From the NCBI GenBank assembly GCA_013388675.1, contig JACAEW010000175.1:1-62922 (forward strand): a stretch of 62,922 nt of DNA, given 5' to 3'. The notes below the pieces were generated by a model. The model saw only the letters and a list, made by a program, of their open reading frames with translations. It searched no databases and was not told the origin of the DNA. Positions 8,876-18,312 of this stretch are shown here, in pieces. Position 1 is the stretch's first letter. Every line of letters starts with the position of its first letter. Position numbers and translations under genes: made by a program. The stretch is from Syntrophaceae bacterium (GTDB lineage Bacteria > Desulfobacterota > SM23-61).

Positions 8876-10102
8876 CTACTTTCCATGGGCCCCGTGGTCC
8901 ATTCCGGGCATGCCCATTCCGGCCGCCGCTTCTTTGAATCTCGACTCGGAGTCGATGAGGAAGTTGGCGCTGGTCACGACCCGTTCTCCTTCGGTAAGGC
9001 CTTTCAAAACGACGTAATAACTCTCGACCTTCGGACCCAGCTGAACTTCCCGAGCCTCGAAGTACCCCGACCCCAGGTCAATGAAGGCAACCTGCCGCAT
9101 CCCGGTATCGATGATGGCTCCCTCGGGCACCGCCAGCTTGGTTCCCAGGGGGACCTTGATCTCCACGTTGGCATACATTTCCGGTTTGAGAAGTCCCCTG
9201 GGGTTAGCGAACTCGAACCTCACCTTGGCCGTGCGGGTCGCTGCGTCCAAATAGGGATAGATATAAATGACTTTCCCCTTGAAAGTCTCTCCGGGATAGT
9301 AGGAAAGCTGAATGGTCCCTTCCTGTCCCGGCCGGATGAGGGGGAGCTCGTATTCATAGATATCCGCATAAAGCCAGACTCCGGAGAGATCGGCCAGCTT
9401 GTAGAGAGCCATGCCCGGGGTGACGTTCATCCCTTGAAAGACGTTTCGTTCCAGCACGACTCCGCTGAAGGGAGAATGGAGGGTGAGGGTTTTGCTGACC
9501 TGGCCCCTTTCCTCCAGGTTCTTGATCTGATCATCGGTGATATCCCAGAGCTTCAAGCGGCGCCTGGCCGATTCCACCAGCGTTTCGCGGCCCCCCAAGG
9601 CTTTGGCCGTCCGCAGGGCAAGGAGATACTCCTCCTGGGCCGAGACCAGGTCGGGACTGTAAATCTTCAAAAGGGGCTCGCCCCGGTTGACGTACCTCCC
9701 GGTGAAATCGACGTAGAGGTCCTCAATCCAGCCGCCGATCTTGGGGGACACCGTGGTCAGTCTCTTTTCGTCGTAATCGATTCTCCCCACGGTGCGGATC
9801 ACCTTGTCCAGCCGCCGCTTCTCCACTTTGCCCATCCTGACACCGATGAGCTGCTGACGCTCGGGAGAGATCTCCACGGCTCCCGCAGGAAGCTCCAGGG
9901 CTTTGCCTTCCTTCTGGATCGCCTCCATGGTGAGGCCTTTCATCGCATCCATCTCCTGCCGGTCGTGGCCTTTAGCGGATTCGGCTTGGGGGGCTTGGAA
10001 CTTCGCCTTCCCCGCAGCGGGGCCGCCCTCCTTGCCTTTGTTGCAGGCGAAGACCAGCACGGCAATCAACAAGACCAGCAACCATCCCGTTCGATTCTTC
10101 AT
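8876..10102 (-). CDS. cusB: CusB-like RND periplasmic adaptor subunit
   Basis: Start MKNRTGW with lipobox-like VFAC; GWIEDLYVDFTG, YSPDLVSAQEEY, NFLIDSES; Met-rich C-terminus. Confidence 0.92.
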   Translation of the reverse strand: MKNRTGWLLVLLIAVLVFACNKGKEGGPAAGKAKFQAPQAESAKGHDRQEMDAMKGLTMEAIQKEGKALELPAGAVEISPERQQLIGVRMGKVEKRRLDKVIRTVGRIDYDEKRLTTVSPKIGGWIEDLYVDFTGRYVNRGEPLLKIYSPDLVSAQEEYLLALRTAKALGGRETLVESARRRLKLWDITDDQIKNLEERGQVSKTLTLHSPFSGVVLERNVFQGMNVTPGMALYKLADLSGVWLYADIYEYELPLIRPGQEGTIQLSYYPGETFKGKVIYIYPYLDAATRTAKVRFEFANPRGLLKPEMYANVEIKVPLGTKLAVPEGAIIDTGMRQVAFIDLGSGYFEAREVQLGPKVESYYVVLKGLTEGERVVTSANFLIDSESRFKEAAAGMGMPGMDHGAHGK

Positions 10103-10188
10103 TTTCCAACCTCTGCCAATCGAGTGCATCGTGAGGGTGAGGAGTGAGAATTTGAATGTTCCAACTGGCCCCTCACGCCTTACGGTTT

Positions 10189-11736
10189 TTATTTCCACGA
10201 CCCTCCCATGACTTCCTCCAGCTCCGCTTGAGCGATCCCCACTTCGCTGCGCCTCAACTCCCGAGCCAGATTGTCGATAAGCCACCCCGAATAGGACATG
10301 ATCACATCGGCAAAGGCTACATTTCCGGTCTCGTAGGCCCGGGTGGAAACTTCCAAGGCGGCCCAGGACAAAACGACCACCCGTTCATTGTAAAGGGCCT
10401 CCTCCCGCCTGGCCCGGTCAAGACGAAACCAGGCCTCCCGCACTTTGGAAATGGTTTCGGCCTCCGCTTTTTTTAGCTCTTCCCGCAGCGCGGCGAGTCT
10501 CTGACGGGTTTCGCGCAGGTAAGCATCCTGGGTTCCGTACCACGGGTTTCGAGGGAGACCGGCCCCGGTAGAAGCCGGGGTCCTGACCGGGAAGGGTTCC
10601 TTCATCCTCATCGTTCCCGTTTGGGCGATGGTCTCATTGGGAAAAAGGGAGAGGTTCAGCGTGTAAAGGGGGTAGATCATGTTTTCGGCCATCTCGATCA
10701 TGCGCTCCATTTTCCCGATCATGGCCCGCATCTCCCTCAATTCCTGCCTTTTCTCCAGGGCGACGGAATATAAACCGTCAAGAGATGGGACTTCCGGAGA
10801 GGGGACGCGGTGTACGGGAGAAGCAACCACGGTCCCGGGCGGCAGGTCGAGGATTTCCAGGATTTTGACTTTCCAGTTCGCCTGTTGTTCGCCGATCGTC
10901 TTCAGCTCTTCCGCCATTTTCTCCCTTTCAATCTGAACCTTGATCAGGTCCTGGAAGCTCGTCTTTCCCGTTTCATAGCGGGTCCTGGCCGCGGATTCCA
11001 GGTGAATGAGGAGGTCGAGCATCTCTGCGGTGATCTTCTGCGCCCGAATGGTGTAAAGGAGATTCCAGTAGGCCTGGCGGGCTTGGGTGAGGGCCATTCT
11101 CCCGGCCATCGCTTTCCGTTCTGTTGCCGCCTTTACTTCCTGCGTCACGACTTGGCCCTTTAAGGCCAGGACCCCGGGGAAGGGAAATTTCCATTCCATG
11201 GATTCCCCCTCCCCGGTCATCGGGCCGATCCCGGTCATCAGGGTTTTCGTGAATGCCGTGTACTGCCTTATGATTTGGTCCAGGTTCGATACCTGGCTGT
11301 AGGCCTCTAAGGAGGCCCGCAGGTTCCTCTCCGCCGCATTCACTCCCGGATTGCGTAACCACGCTAAGATCTCCAAATCCTCAAGGGAAAATTCTTTCCC
11401 CAATATTTCTGCCGCCCAAGAAGGGTCCTTGGCGGCGGGTAGAAGAACGCCGAAGCGCGTGGGATTGGGCCGGTAAAAGCCGTTTTCTTTCTCCGGGGTC
11501 TTAAGGACCTCCTCCCATTTTCTCTTCTTTTCCTGGAGCTTCTGCACTTCTTGGTCAAAGTCCTGGTTCGTTGGATCGGGGGGGATCGAGGGCACCGGAG
11601 TGGGCCTGGAGTACTCTTGATAAAGAGGGGACGGCTTATAGGAGTCCCATCCCTTTCGGAGATCATGGTATCCGCCGCAGGCCTGGATGAAGACCATCAT
11701 TCCCCCGGCCAACAGGAGCCATCCCCCTTTTTTCAT
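10189..11736 (-). CDS. TolC-family outer-membrane efflux protein, lipoprotein with long N-terminal extension
   Basis: Lipobox-like IQAC; FPFPGVLALKG, RYETGKTSFQDL, AYETGNVAFADV OEP-repeat features. Confidence 0.82.
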   Translation of the reverse strand: MKKGGWLLLAGGMMVFIQACGGYHDLRKGWDSYKPSPLYQEYSRPTPVPSIPPDPTNQDFDQEVQKLQEKKRKWEEVLKTPEKENGFYRPNPTRFGVLLPAAKDPSWAAEILGKEFSLEDLEILAWLRNPGVNAAERNLRASLEAYSQVSNLDQIIRQYTAFTKTLMTGIGPMTGEGESMEWKFPFPGVLALKGQVVTQEVKAATERKAMAGRMALTQARQAYWNLLYTIRAQKITAEMLDLLIHLESAARTRYETGKTSFQDLIKVQIEREKMAEELKTIGEQQANWKVKILEILDLPPGTVVASPVHRVPSPEVPSLDGLYSVALEKRQELREMRAMIGKMERMIEMAENMIYPLYTLNLSLFPNETIAQTGTMRMKEPFPVRTPASTGAGLPRNPWYGTQDAYLRETRQRLAALREELKKAEAETISKVREAWFRLDRARREEALYNERVVVLSWAALEVSTRAYETGNVAFADVIMSYSGWLIDNLARELRRSEVGIAQAELEEVMGGSWK

Positions 11737-13076
11737 CGCTCCACCACCCCCGGCGTTCTTCCTGCCTCGTTTTCTTTTTTCTGAGTTAAACTCACGCCGG
11801 AAAGACTCTCAAGCTGGGTCAAATTTCGGCCGTAATCCGCCTTGGCTCTGGCCAGGGACAATTGGAAGTTATAAAAGACGCTTTCCGTTTCGATAAAGTC
11901 AGAAAAACTGCCCTGTTTTTCTCGAAACCACATTTCGGCAATTTCCATGGATCTGGCCGCCTGGGGCAGGAGTTGATCCCGGTAAAGCTGGATCAGTCTC
12001 TCGGAATTCTTCAGGCGAAAATAGGCGTTGCGAATCAGGGCATGGGTCTCGTTGATCTGAGCCGTTTTCATCGCCAGCGCCTTTCGCTCCTCGGCCCGGG
12101 CTTCTTCCTTTCGACCCTTGTTCTTATTGAACCAGAGGGGGATGGTAAGCCCAATTTGGATTCCCAACGTGTCCCGGAATTCTGGAGGGACATTATCCGG
12201 ATTTCCTTTTTCATAGGAAGCTCCCAATTTGAAATTGGGGAGGGATTCATATTTGGCTACGCCCTGCTTGGCTCTCGCTTTATGAATCTCGCTTTCAACC
12301 AGTCGGATCTCTTCCCGATGTTTTCGCGCCAGTTCGTATATCTCTTCGAGCTGGTAAATCAAGGAAGGAAGGGGTTCCGCCTCCAGGAGCCTGATCTCGG
12401 AACCCGGCGGCCGGTTGAGGAGAGAGTTCAATTGGGCCTTTTCCGTTTCCTCCAGCTCCTCCAGAAGAATCGCATCATACTGCAACTGGGCGGCTTGAGA
12501 TTGGGCTTTGACCACGTCGAAATATTGGGCTCGATCCTGGGCATAGGCGGTTTCCCCCACCTTGCGAATGTGTTCCAAAATATCCCGATTCAAGGCCACC
12601 ACTTTTTTTGCCTCTCGAATGTAAAAGAGCTCATAGTAGGACTCCCGAATTCCCACCAGGGTATCCCGCAGCGCCTTATCGAGCCCCAAACGGGCCGTAT
12701 CGATTTCGGCCTTGGCCACTTCTCCCAATCGCGACAGCTTCCCCGGGAAAGGAATCATTTGGGAAACCATCACTTCATACGAGGTCATGAACGGCTTGGG
12801 ATAGGCCGTCAAACCGATTTCCGGGTCGGGATAAGCGGTCTCCACCCGGTATCGTTCAATGGTCCCTTTCCAGGCATGGCGAGCCGATTGAATCAGGGGA
12901 TTGGTTTTGTAGGCATAGGTAAAGAGATCGGACATAGAAGCCCCTTCGATTAATTTCTTTTCCAATTGTTCCAACCCAGCGGATTCCGCCGCCCATCCCG
13001 AAGAAGTAAAGCACCACAAGCCCCAAATCACCATCCATGCCGCCCAAATTGTCCGATGCCCCCTTTGGGCCCTCAT
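11733..13076 (-). CDS. TolC-family outer-membrane efflux protein
   Basis: Signal peptide; YPDPEIG, QMIPFPGKL, IGLTIPLW, two OEP repeats; start uncertain (13076 vs 13172). Confidence 0.88.
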   Translation of the reverse strand: MRAQRGHRTIWAAWMVIWGLWCFTSSGWAAESAGLEQLEKKLIEGASMSDLFTYAYKTNPLIQSARHAWKGTIERYRVETAYPDPEIGLTAYPKPFMTSYEVMVSQMIPFPGKLSRLGEVAKAEIDTARLGLDKALRDTLVGIRESYYELFYIREAKKVVALNRDILEHIRKVGETAYAQDRAQYFDVVKAQSQAAQLQYDAILLEELEETEKAQLNSLLNRPPGSEIRLLEAEPLPSLIYQLEEIYELARKHREEIRLVESEIHKARAKQGVAKYESLPNFKLGASYEKGNPDNVPPEFRDTLGIQIGLTIPLWFNKNKGRKEEARAEERKALAMKTAQINETHALIRNAYFRLKNSERLIQLYRDQLLPQAARSMEIAEMWFREKQGSFSDFIETESVFYNFQLSLARAKADYGRNLTQLESLSGVSLTQKKENEAGRTPGVVER

Positions 13077-13162
13077 CCCTTTCCCCCATTCTTTTGGCAG
13101 ATCCATTCCATCCAGCGTTCTCCGCAACAAATTTGCGGTCCCTGCATTCTTTCCGAGGAAAG

Positions 13163-13969
13163 TTAGACCCATGGATTAATTCCTTTCCCCGAGCGATATG
13201 GGCTGATATTTTCTAGCGGGGGGTGCGGAGCCACCGTTGCCGCTTTCTTATCGCTCTTCTCCAGACCTCGACCGTTTCCCCCTTTCAGCCCATCTGACTC
13301 CTTTCCCGCCAGGAGCCCATCGGATAAGCGGAGGATTCTTTTGGCATACCGGGCGCATTCGGGGTTGTGGGTGACCATGAGGATGGTCATCCCCTCCGAA
13401 TTAAGAGTCCGGAGGAGTTCCATGATCTCCCGGGTGGTCTTGGTGTCCAGGTTTCCGGTGGGCTCATCCGCCAGAAGAATGGGGGGCCGATTTACGATGG
13501 CCCGGGCGATGGCGACCCGTTCCTGTTCCCCCCCGGAAATCTGGCTCGGAAGCCGGGTCCCCTTGCCCCCCAGACCGACCCGCGCCAGGGCTTCTTCCGC
13601 CAGGGTCCACTTCTCCTTTCTCTTCATTTTCAGGGGCGCCAAAGGAAGCATCACGTTTTCCTGAACCGTTAAGTAAGCCACCAGGTGGAAGCTTTGAAAG
13701 ACGAACCCCAGGTGCTTCCTCCTGAAGTCGGCCCTCTCTTCCGAGCCCAAAGAGGTAACATCGATGCCGTTTACCCCGTACCTGCCCGAAGTGGGGGTGT
13801 TGAGAGCTCCCAGCATGGACAGAAGAGTGGATTTCCCCGAACCCGATTCCCCCATGACCGCGATCCATTCGCCCGGGGAAACGGCAAAGCTGATCCCCCG
13901 CACCGCCAGGACCGCAGCCGCTCCCTCGCCGTACTTTTTCACCAGGTTATCTGCTTGAATGATAGCCAT
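13163..13969 (-). CDS. ABC transporter ATP-binding protein (LolD/MacB type)
   Basis: GESGSGKST, ISGGEQER, LLADEPTGNLD, VTH. Confidence 0.95.
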   Translation of the reverse strand: MAIIQADNLVKKYGEGAAAVLAVRGISFAVSPGEWIAVMGESGSGKSTLLSMLGALNTPTSGRYGVNGIDVTSLGSEERADFRRKHLGFVFQSFHLVAYLTVQENVMLPLAPLKMKRKEKWTLAEEALARVGLGGKGTRLPSQISGGEQERVAIARAIVNRPPILLADEPTGNLDTKTTREIMELLRTLNSEGMTILMVTHNPECARYAKRILRLSDGLLAGKESDGLKGGNGRGLEKSDKKAATVAPHPPLENISPYRSGKGINPWV

Positions 13970-13979
13970 TCCCTTCCTC

Positions 13980-15137
13980 CTAAAGGGCCTTCAAAGCTTC
14001 ATTGGGGTCCAGCCGGGCCGCCCATCGGGCAGGATAATAACTGGCGGCAAGGCCCAGAATGATGGCCATCGCCAGGGCGCCCGCGGCCAGCAGGGGGTCC
14101 AAGGGGATCGCCACATGATGGCCGGCACTGAAGAACGGCAGGGCGATCCACGCCGCCCCGAGACCCACTGCGTATCCCAGCAACCCGGACCCTACCGACA
14201 CGATTCCCGCTTCCAGCAGAATGATGCGCATCACATGGCTGCTGCGAAACCCGATGGCCCGGAAGATACCAATTTCGGCAGTCCGTTCCCTCACGCTGCC
14301 CATTAAGGTTACTAAAACCACCAGAGCCCCGACCAAGGCAACCACCGTGGACAGGGCGTAGGCCGCCTTGCGGAAGTGCTCCAGCGTCTCCATCCGCCCC
14401 TGGACGACCTGCTTGATGGCCATCACGTTGGCCCCGGGGATGACCTCGGAAATCTGGCGGACCATCTCCTCAACCGGGCACCCGGCGCAAAGGGCGGTCA
14501 CCTCGGCCATGGAGACCCGTCCCTGCTTACCCAATAGAGACTGGGCCGTGTCCAGGCGGGTGAAAAGAATCTGGTCGTCCTGGGAGCCCGTGGAATCGAG
14601 AAGGCCCGATACCGTCAGTCGTTGCCCCTTGACCTCGATGGGACTGCCCACTTGGAGCCCCAGCTTTTTCGCCGCCTCCGAACCCAGGAGGACGCCGTCC
14701 TTTTCCGGGATCGCGCCCTTGAAGGTCCACCAGGGGCGAAGGTATTGATAGACCTTAAAATCCATGCCCGCAACCATGACCCGGCGGCCGGCCACTTCTG
14801 CGGCCCCCAAAACCATGGGGCCTACTGCGGCCACGTTAGCCGCATTCTGGATCGTACGAATCCGTTCCAGCTCCTCCTGCCGGATCTCCTGCATGTCGAA
14901 AGAAACCCCGCCCAAGGAAAGCCCCCCGTAGGTTAGGGAGAGGTTTTCCGTCTTGGGCACAATCAGTATGTTGGCCCCGTACTCCTCCAATTTCTGATTG
15001 ATGTCCTGGGTCAGGGCTTCCACCAGGCTTAAGAAAGCCACCACCGAGGAAACGCCCACTAGGAGGCCTATAAGAATGAAGGCCGCCTTGGCTTTCCTTC
15101 TTCTTAAATTCTTTACGGCTATATCCCTCAGGGTCAT
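13980..15137 (-). CDS. MacB/FtsX-family ABC permease with periplasmic CxxC
   Basis: One N-terminal TM, periplasmic core, three C-terminal TMs; ERTAEIGIFRAIG, YPARWAARLDP; LCAGCP. Confidence 0.92.
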   Translation of the reverse strand: MTLRDIAVKNLRRRKAKAAFILIGLLVGVSSVVAFLSLVEALTQDINQKLEEYGANILIVPKTENLSLTYGGLSLGGVSFDMQEIRQEELERIRTIQNAANVAAVGPMVLGAAEVAGRRVMVAGMDFKVYQYLRPWWTFKGAIPEKDGVLLGSEAAKKLGLQVGSPIEVKGQRLTVSGLLDSTGSQDDQILFTRLDTAQSLLGKQGRVSMAEVTALCAGCPVEEMVRQISEVIPGANVMAIKQVVQGRMETLEHFRKAAYALSTVVALVGALVVLVTLMGSVRERTAEIGIFRAIGFRSSHVMRIILLEAGIVSVGSGLLGYAVGLGAAWIALPFFSAGHHVAIPLDPLLAAGALAMAIILGLAASYYPARWAARLDPNEALKAL

Positions 15138-15140
15138 TTC

Positions 15141-15629
15141 TCAGCCTTTCTTGGGAAAGTTGAAGTATCTTTTTCCTTCCAGGATGTCTTTCACCTGGAT
15201 CACCACTTTATCTCCCATCAACTCCCGCCTCAACGGTGCCGGGTTGCAACCTCCCCGCAATTCTCCCACGCGGTTCGTGGCGAATCTTCTCCCGCAATTC
15301 ACGCAAATCATGAAGTCCCCTTTTTGCTTGTACCCTTTCCCCTCCGGCCAGCACACATCGCAGGCATCAAAAGCCGCCCGGATCACGCCGTCAGGGCTTT
15401 TCAGGATGAAGTACTTAATGGTGATTCTCTCGCCGGTTTGGTGCTCAAAGAAGCGGGCTTTCCCGTCCTGGAAGGTTTGAACCGGGTAGCTGACCTCGGT
15501 AAGGTTACCGGCCGCTGAAGCCTCCCGGGCCCCCCCATTCCAGAGGGAGCCCGCCAGGATTGCCAAAATGAAGAGAGGGACCCAGACTCCCCTCAGCGCC
15601 TTCCTGTTTCTCATAAAGCCTACCTTCAT
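15141..15629 (-). CDS. DUF2318 (FtrD-like) exported Cys-rich/Fe-S protein
   Basis: AFDACDVC, ICVNCGRRF, GGCNPAPL; N-terminal hydrophobic segment; AGGAGG RBS. Confidence 0.88.
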   Translation of the reverse strand: MKVGFMRNRKALRGVWVPLFILAILAGSLWNGGAREASAAGNLTEVSYPVQTFQDGKARFFEHQTGERITIKYFILKSPDGVIRAAFDACDVCWPEGKGYKQKGDFMICVNCGRRFATNRVGELRGGCNPAPLRRELMGDKVVIQVKDILEGKRYFNFPKKG

Positions 15630-15656
15630 GAATCCATTCCTCCTTTGGTTTTCGGG

Positions 15657-16625
15657 TCAGGAGTTTTCCCGGACCCCTCCATTCTCGTAGGTATAAGATT
15701 TAATCGTTTTTCCGTCTTTTTGGATGTCGATTTGGAGATGGCATCCATAATCGATAACCCGGGCGGTAATCTCTTTTTGCCCGGGGTGATTCTTTAAAAA
15801 ATCTTCGAGGGCCGCCTTTTTGGCTTCTTCTTTCGCAAGGGCCGAATCGCCGCGTGATGAAGGGGGCATCTTACCGCGGCCCTCGCCGGATTTCGGACCG
15901 CAACAGCTTCCCCTGATCGCTCTACCCCAAACCGTTTGCTCGAAGGTTGCGGATACTTCGACCCGGGCATTCCGGCGGGCTTGAACCAACCAGGAATCAG
16001 GCCTTTTCTCGGAGTCGATTTTTTTTGATCCCCTGGCATTTTTTATCGCGTCGATTAAGAGAATAGTTTTGAGCTGATTTTGGAGGTCCTCTTTTCGCCC
16101 TCCGGCCCATTCAAGTTTTTTTAAAAAATCATCCGCCGTCCCAAAAACCTCCCGGGCAACTTTTTCCATCTCCCGCTGGACCCTTTCTTCGGATACCCGG
16201 ACCCCCAGCCGTCGGGCTTCCTGGCCGATAAGTTTTTCGGCGATCAAAACTTCCAGCACCTCTTCCTTCAAATCCTCCAGGATTCTCTTCCCTCTCTCGC
16301 CCGAGAAAACCTTCCTTCCTTGCTGGCGCTCCAGCATGCCCCGAACGCTCCGGAAACGGTCTTCGAATTCGACCTGGAGGATGGCTTCCCCGTTGACAAC
16401 CGCCGCCGGCTTTCTCCCTCCTTCCGCAAAAAGGAACCCCGGCAGGGAAATCCCCCCATGCCATAAAAGCAATCCGGCCAGAAGGAGGAGCACACCCGAG
16501 AAGACAAGGCTGAAGAGCCAAAGGCCTCGGGGCTTGAAGCCTCTCCATTCACGCCGGCACTGGGGGCAATAAATTTCCCCCTCCTCCACCTGCCTTCCGC
16601 AATGTCGACAATCCTGAACCCCCAA
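15657..16625 (-). CDS. membrane protein: N-terminal zinc ribbon, TM, SurA-N-like domain, C-terminal GSCCG / DYGCH domain
   Basis: CRHC-x10-CPQC; TM; AAVVNGEAI...LIAEKLIGQEARRLGVRVSEE; first gene after sigma54 promoter (TTG start). Confidence 0.75.
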   Translation of the reverse strand: MGVQDCRHCGRQVEEGEIYCPQCRREWRGFKPRGLWLFSLVFSGVLLLLAGLLLWHGGISLPGFLFAEGGRKPAAVVNGEAILQVEFEDRFRSVRGMLERQQGRKVFSGERGKRILEDLKEEVLEVLIAEKLIGQEARRLGVRVSEERVQREMEKVAREVFGTADDFLKKLEWAGGRKEDLQNQLKTILLIDAIKNARGSKKIDSEKRPDSWLVQARRNARVEVSATFEQTVWGRAIRGSCCGPKSGEGRGKMPPSSRGDSALAKEEAKKAALEDFLKNHPGQKEITARVIDYGCHLQIDIQKDGKTIKSYTYENGGVRENS

Positions 16626-16658
16626 AAGTCACCCCCGGATAGATTTCCCTCTTCATTC

Positions 16659-16675
16659 AGCAAGGAGGGTGCCAG
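16659..16675 (-). promoter_or_regulatory. sigma54 (-24/-12) promoter of the metal-export operon
   Basis: CTGGCACCCTCCTTGCT (GG-N10-GC) about 35 bp upstream of 16625. Confidence 0.85.
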
Positions 16676-16761
16676 TGCGCGAGCATAGAGGTTAATCCCT
16701 TAATATTTTTAAAGATTTTTATTGGGCCTGGGTATCTGCGGAGGTTCAGCGCCGATTTGGA

Positions 16762-16820
16762 TGCGATTTTTTTTCGCAGGCTAAGTTCATAGGACAGGGG
16801 GATTGGGAATTTTTCCCGCA
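16762..16820. promoter_or_regulatory. putative enhancer (UAS) sites for the NtrC-family regulator
   Basis: TGCGA-N7-TCGCA (16762-16778) and TGGGA-N7-CCGCA (16804-16820), 42 bp apart; AT-rich IHF-like stretch near 16693-16720. Confidence 0.55.
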
Positions 16821-16871
16821 GGAATCGATTGGATGGGATTTTTATCGAAAATACACGATCCGGGAGAAAGA

Positions 16872-18248
16872 CTATTTCATCGGCGGGGATTCCATGCCAT
16901 ATTCCTTAAGCTTGATCTGGAGGGTCCGGCGATTGATTCCCAGTATTTCGGCGGCACGGGAACGATTCCCGCCCGTGTCTTCCAGCGTCTTGAGGATGAG
17001 GGCCCTTTCAACCTCCCCCAGACTGATATTCAAAGGGAGATGGATCCCGGATTCCTCTTTCCCGGGGGAAAGGGCCTGCACCTGGGGAGGAAGGTCCACG
17101 GGGGCGATGACCTCCCCCCGCGACATAATGACCGCCCGTTCCATGCAGTTTTCCAGCTCGCGGATATTGCCGGGCCAATCGTATCGCACCAGCAGGTCGA
17201 GGGCCCGGGGAGAAATTCCCTTTAGCTCCTTCTTATTTTTCTCCCGGTACAGGCTTAAAAAGTGGGCCGCCAAAGCCGGGATATCATCCCTTCGGGCCCG
17301 GAGGGGAGGAAGCAGGACGGGAACGACATTGAGCCGGTAATAGAGGTCTTCCCGGAAGCGCCCTTCCTTAACTTCCCTGCCCAGGTCTTTGTTCGTCGCC
17401 GCAATCACTCGAACATCCACTTTGACTGTTCGGGTCCCGCCCAGGAGTTCGAACTCCTTCTCCTGCAGGACCCGGAGGATCTTGGTTTGGGTGGTAGGGC
17501 TCATCTCTCCCACTTCGTCGAGAAAAATCGTTCCCCGATGGGCGAGCTGGAACCTCCCTTCCCTCCGGCTGATGGCCCCGGTGAAGGCGCCCCTCTCATG
17601 GCCAAAAAGCTCGCTTTCCAGGAGGGTTTCCGGCAGGGCCGCGCAGGAAACCTTGATGAAAGGCTGGCTGGCCCGCCGGCTGTTATGATGGATCGAATTG
17701 GCCACCAATTCTTTCCCCGTTCCGCTTTCCCCCAGGATCAGGACCGTGGCATCGGTGGGAGAGACCTGGGCCAGCAGGTCGAAGAGCTCTTTCATCTTCT
17801 GCCCCCTGCCGATGATCCTGGAGAAGTCGAAACGGTCACCCAGCCGTTCTTTCAGAACCAGGTTTTCCTCCCTTAGATGGTAGTGCTCCAGGGCCTTTTC
17901 GATGAGGATTTTCAGCTCGTCCAGGTCCAGCGGTTTGGTCAAATATTCGAAAGCCCCGGCCTTGAGCGCCTCCACCGCCGTTTTTACCGAGGCATAAGCG
18001 GTCATCATCAAAACGGGAACGAAGGGGCTTATTTTTCGGATTTCGGTCAGCGTTTCAATCCCGTCCATGGTGGTCATGCGGATGTCCAAAAGGACCAGGT
18101 CGAAAACCTCCTGTTCAACGGCCCGGACCGCCTCCGGACCGTCCGATGCCTCCGCAACCTCATAGCCCTCGTCCTGCAGGACCGCGCGAAGCATCATCCG
18201 GTGGCTTGCCTCGTCATCCACAATCAAGATCCTGATTACTCGGTTCAT
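16872..18248 (-). CDS. sigma54-dependent response regulator (NtrC/ZraR/AtoC family)
   Basis: REC (ILIVDDE, LLDIRM), GESGTGKE, GAFTGA, WPGNIREL, Fis HTH. Confidence 0.96.
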   Translation of the reverse strand: MNRVIRILIVDDEASHRMMLRAVLQDEGYEVAEASDGPEAVRAVEQEVFDLVLLDIRMTTMDGIETLTEIRKISPFVPVLMMTAYASVKTAVEALKAGAFEYLTKPLDLDELKILIEKALEHYHLREENLVLKERLGDRFDFSRIIGRGQKMKELFDLLAQVSPTDATVLILGESGTGKELVANSIHHNSRRASQPFIKVSCAALPETLLESELFGHERGAFTGAISRREGRFQLAHRGTIFLDEVGEMSPTTQTKILRVLQEKEFELLGGTRTVKVDVRVIAATNKDLGREVKEGRFREDLYYRLNVVPVLLPPLRARRDDIPALAAHFLSLYREKNKKELKGISPRALDLLVRYDWPGNIRELENCMERAVIMSRGEVIAPVDLPPQVQALSPGKEESGIHLPLNISLGEVERALILKTLEDTGGNRSRAAEILGINRRTLQIKLKEYGMESPPMK

Positions 18249-18312
18249 CGCCGCTCTCCAAGGAAAAAAATCGCTTCCTCCTTCGATCTACAACCCGGCA
18301 GGTTTTTTTCCA

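Noticed and set aside
6714-9017. Long antisense ORFs (also 8885..10147, 40590..42026, 46360..48366, 49964..51520, 51622..53070, 55085..56755, 57817..59019)
   Set aside because: Shadow frames opposite well-recognised genes in GC-rich DNA; no motifs or RBS support
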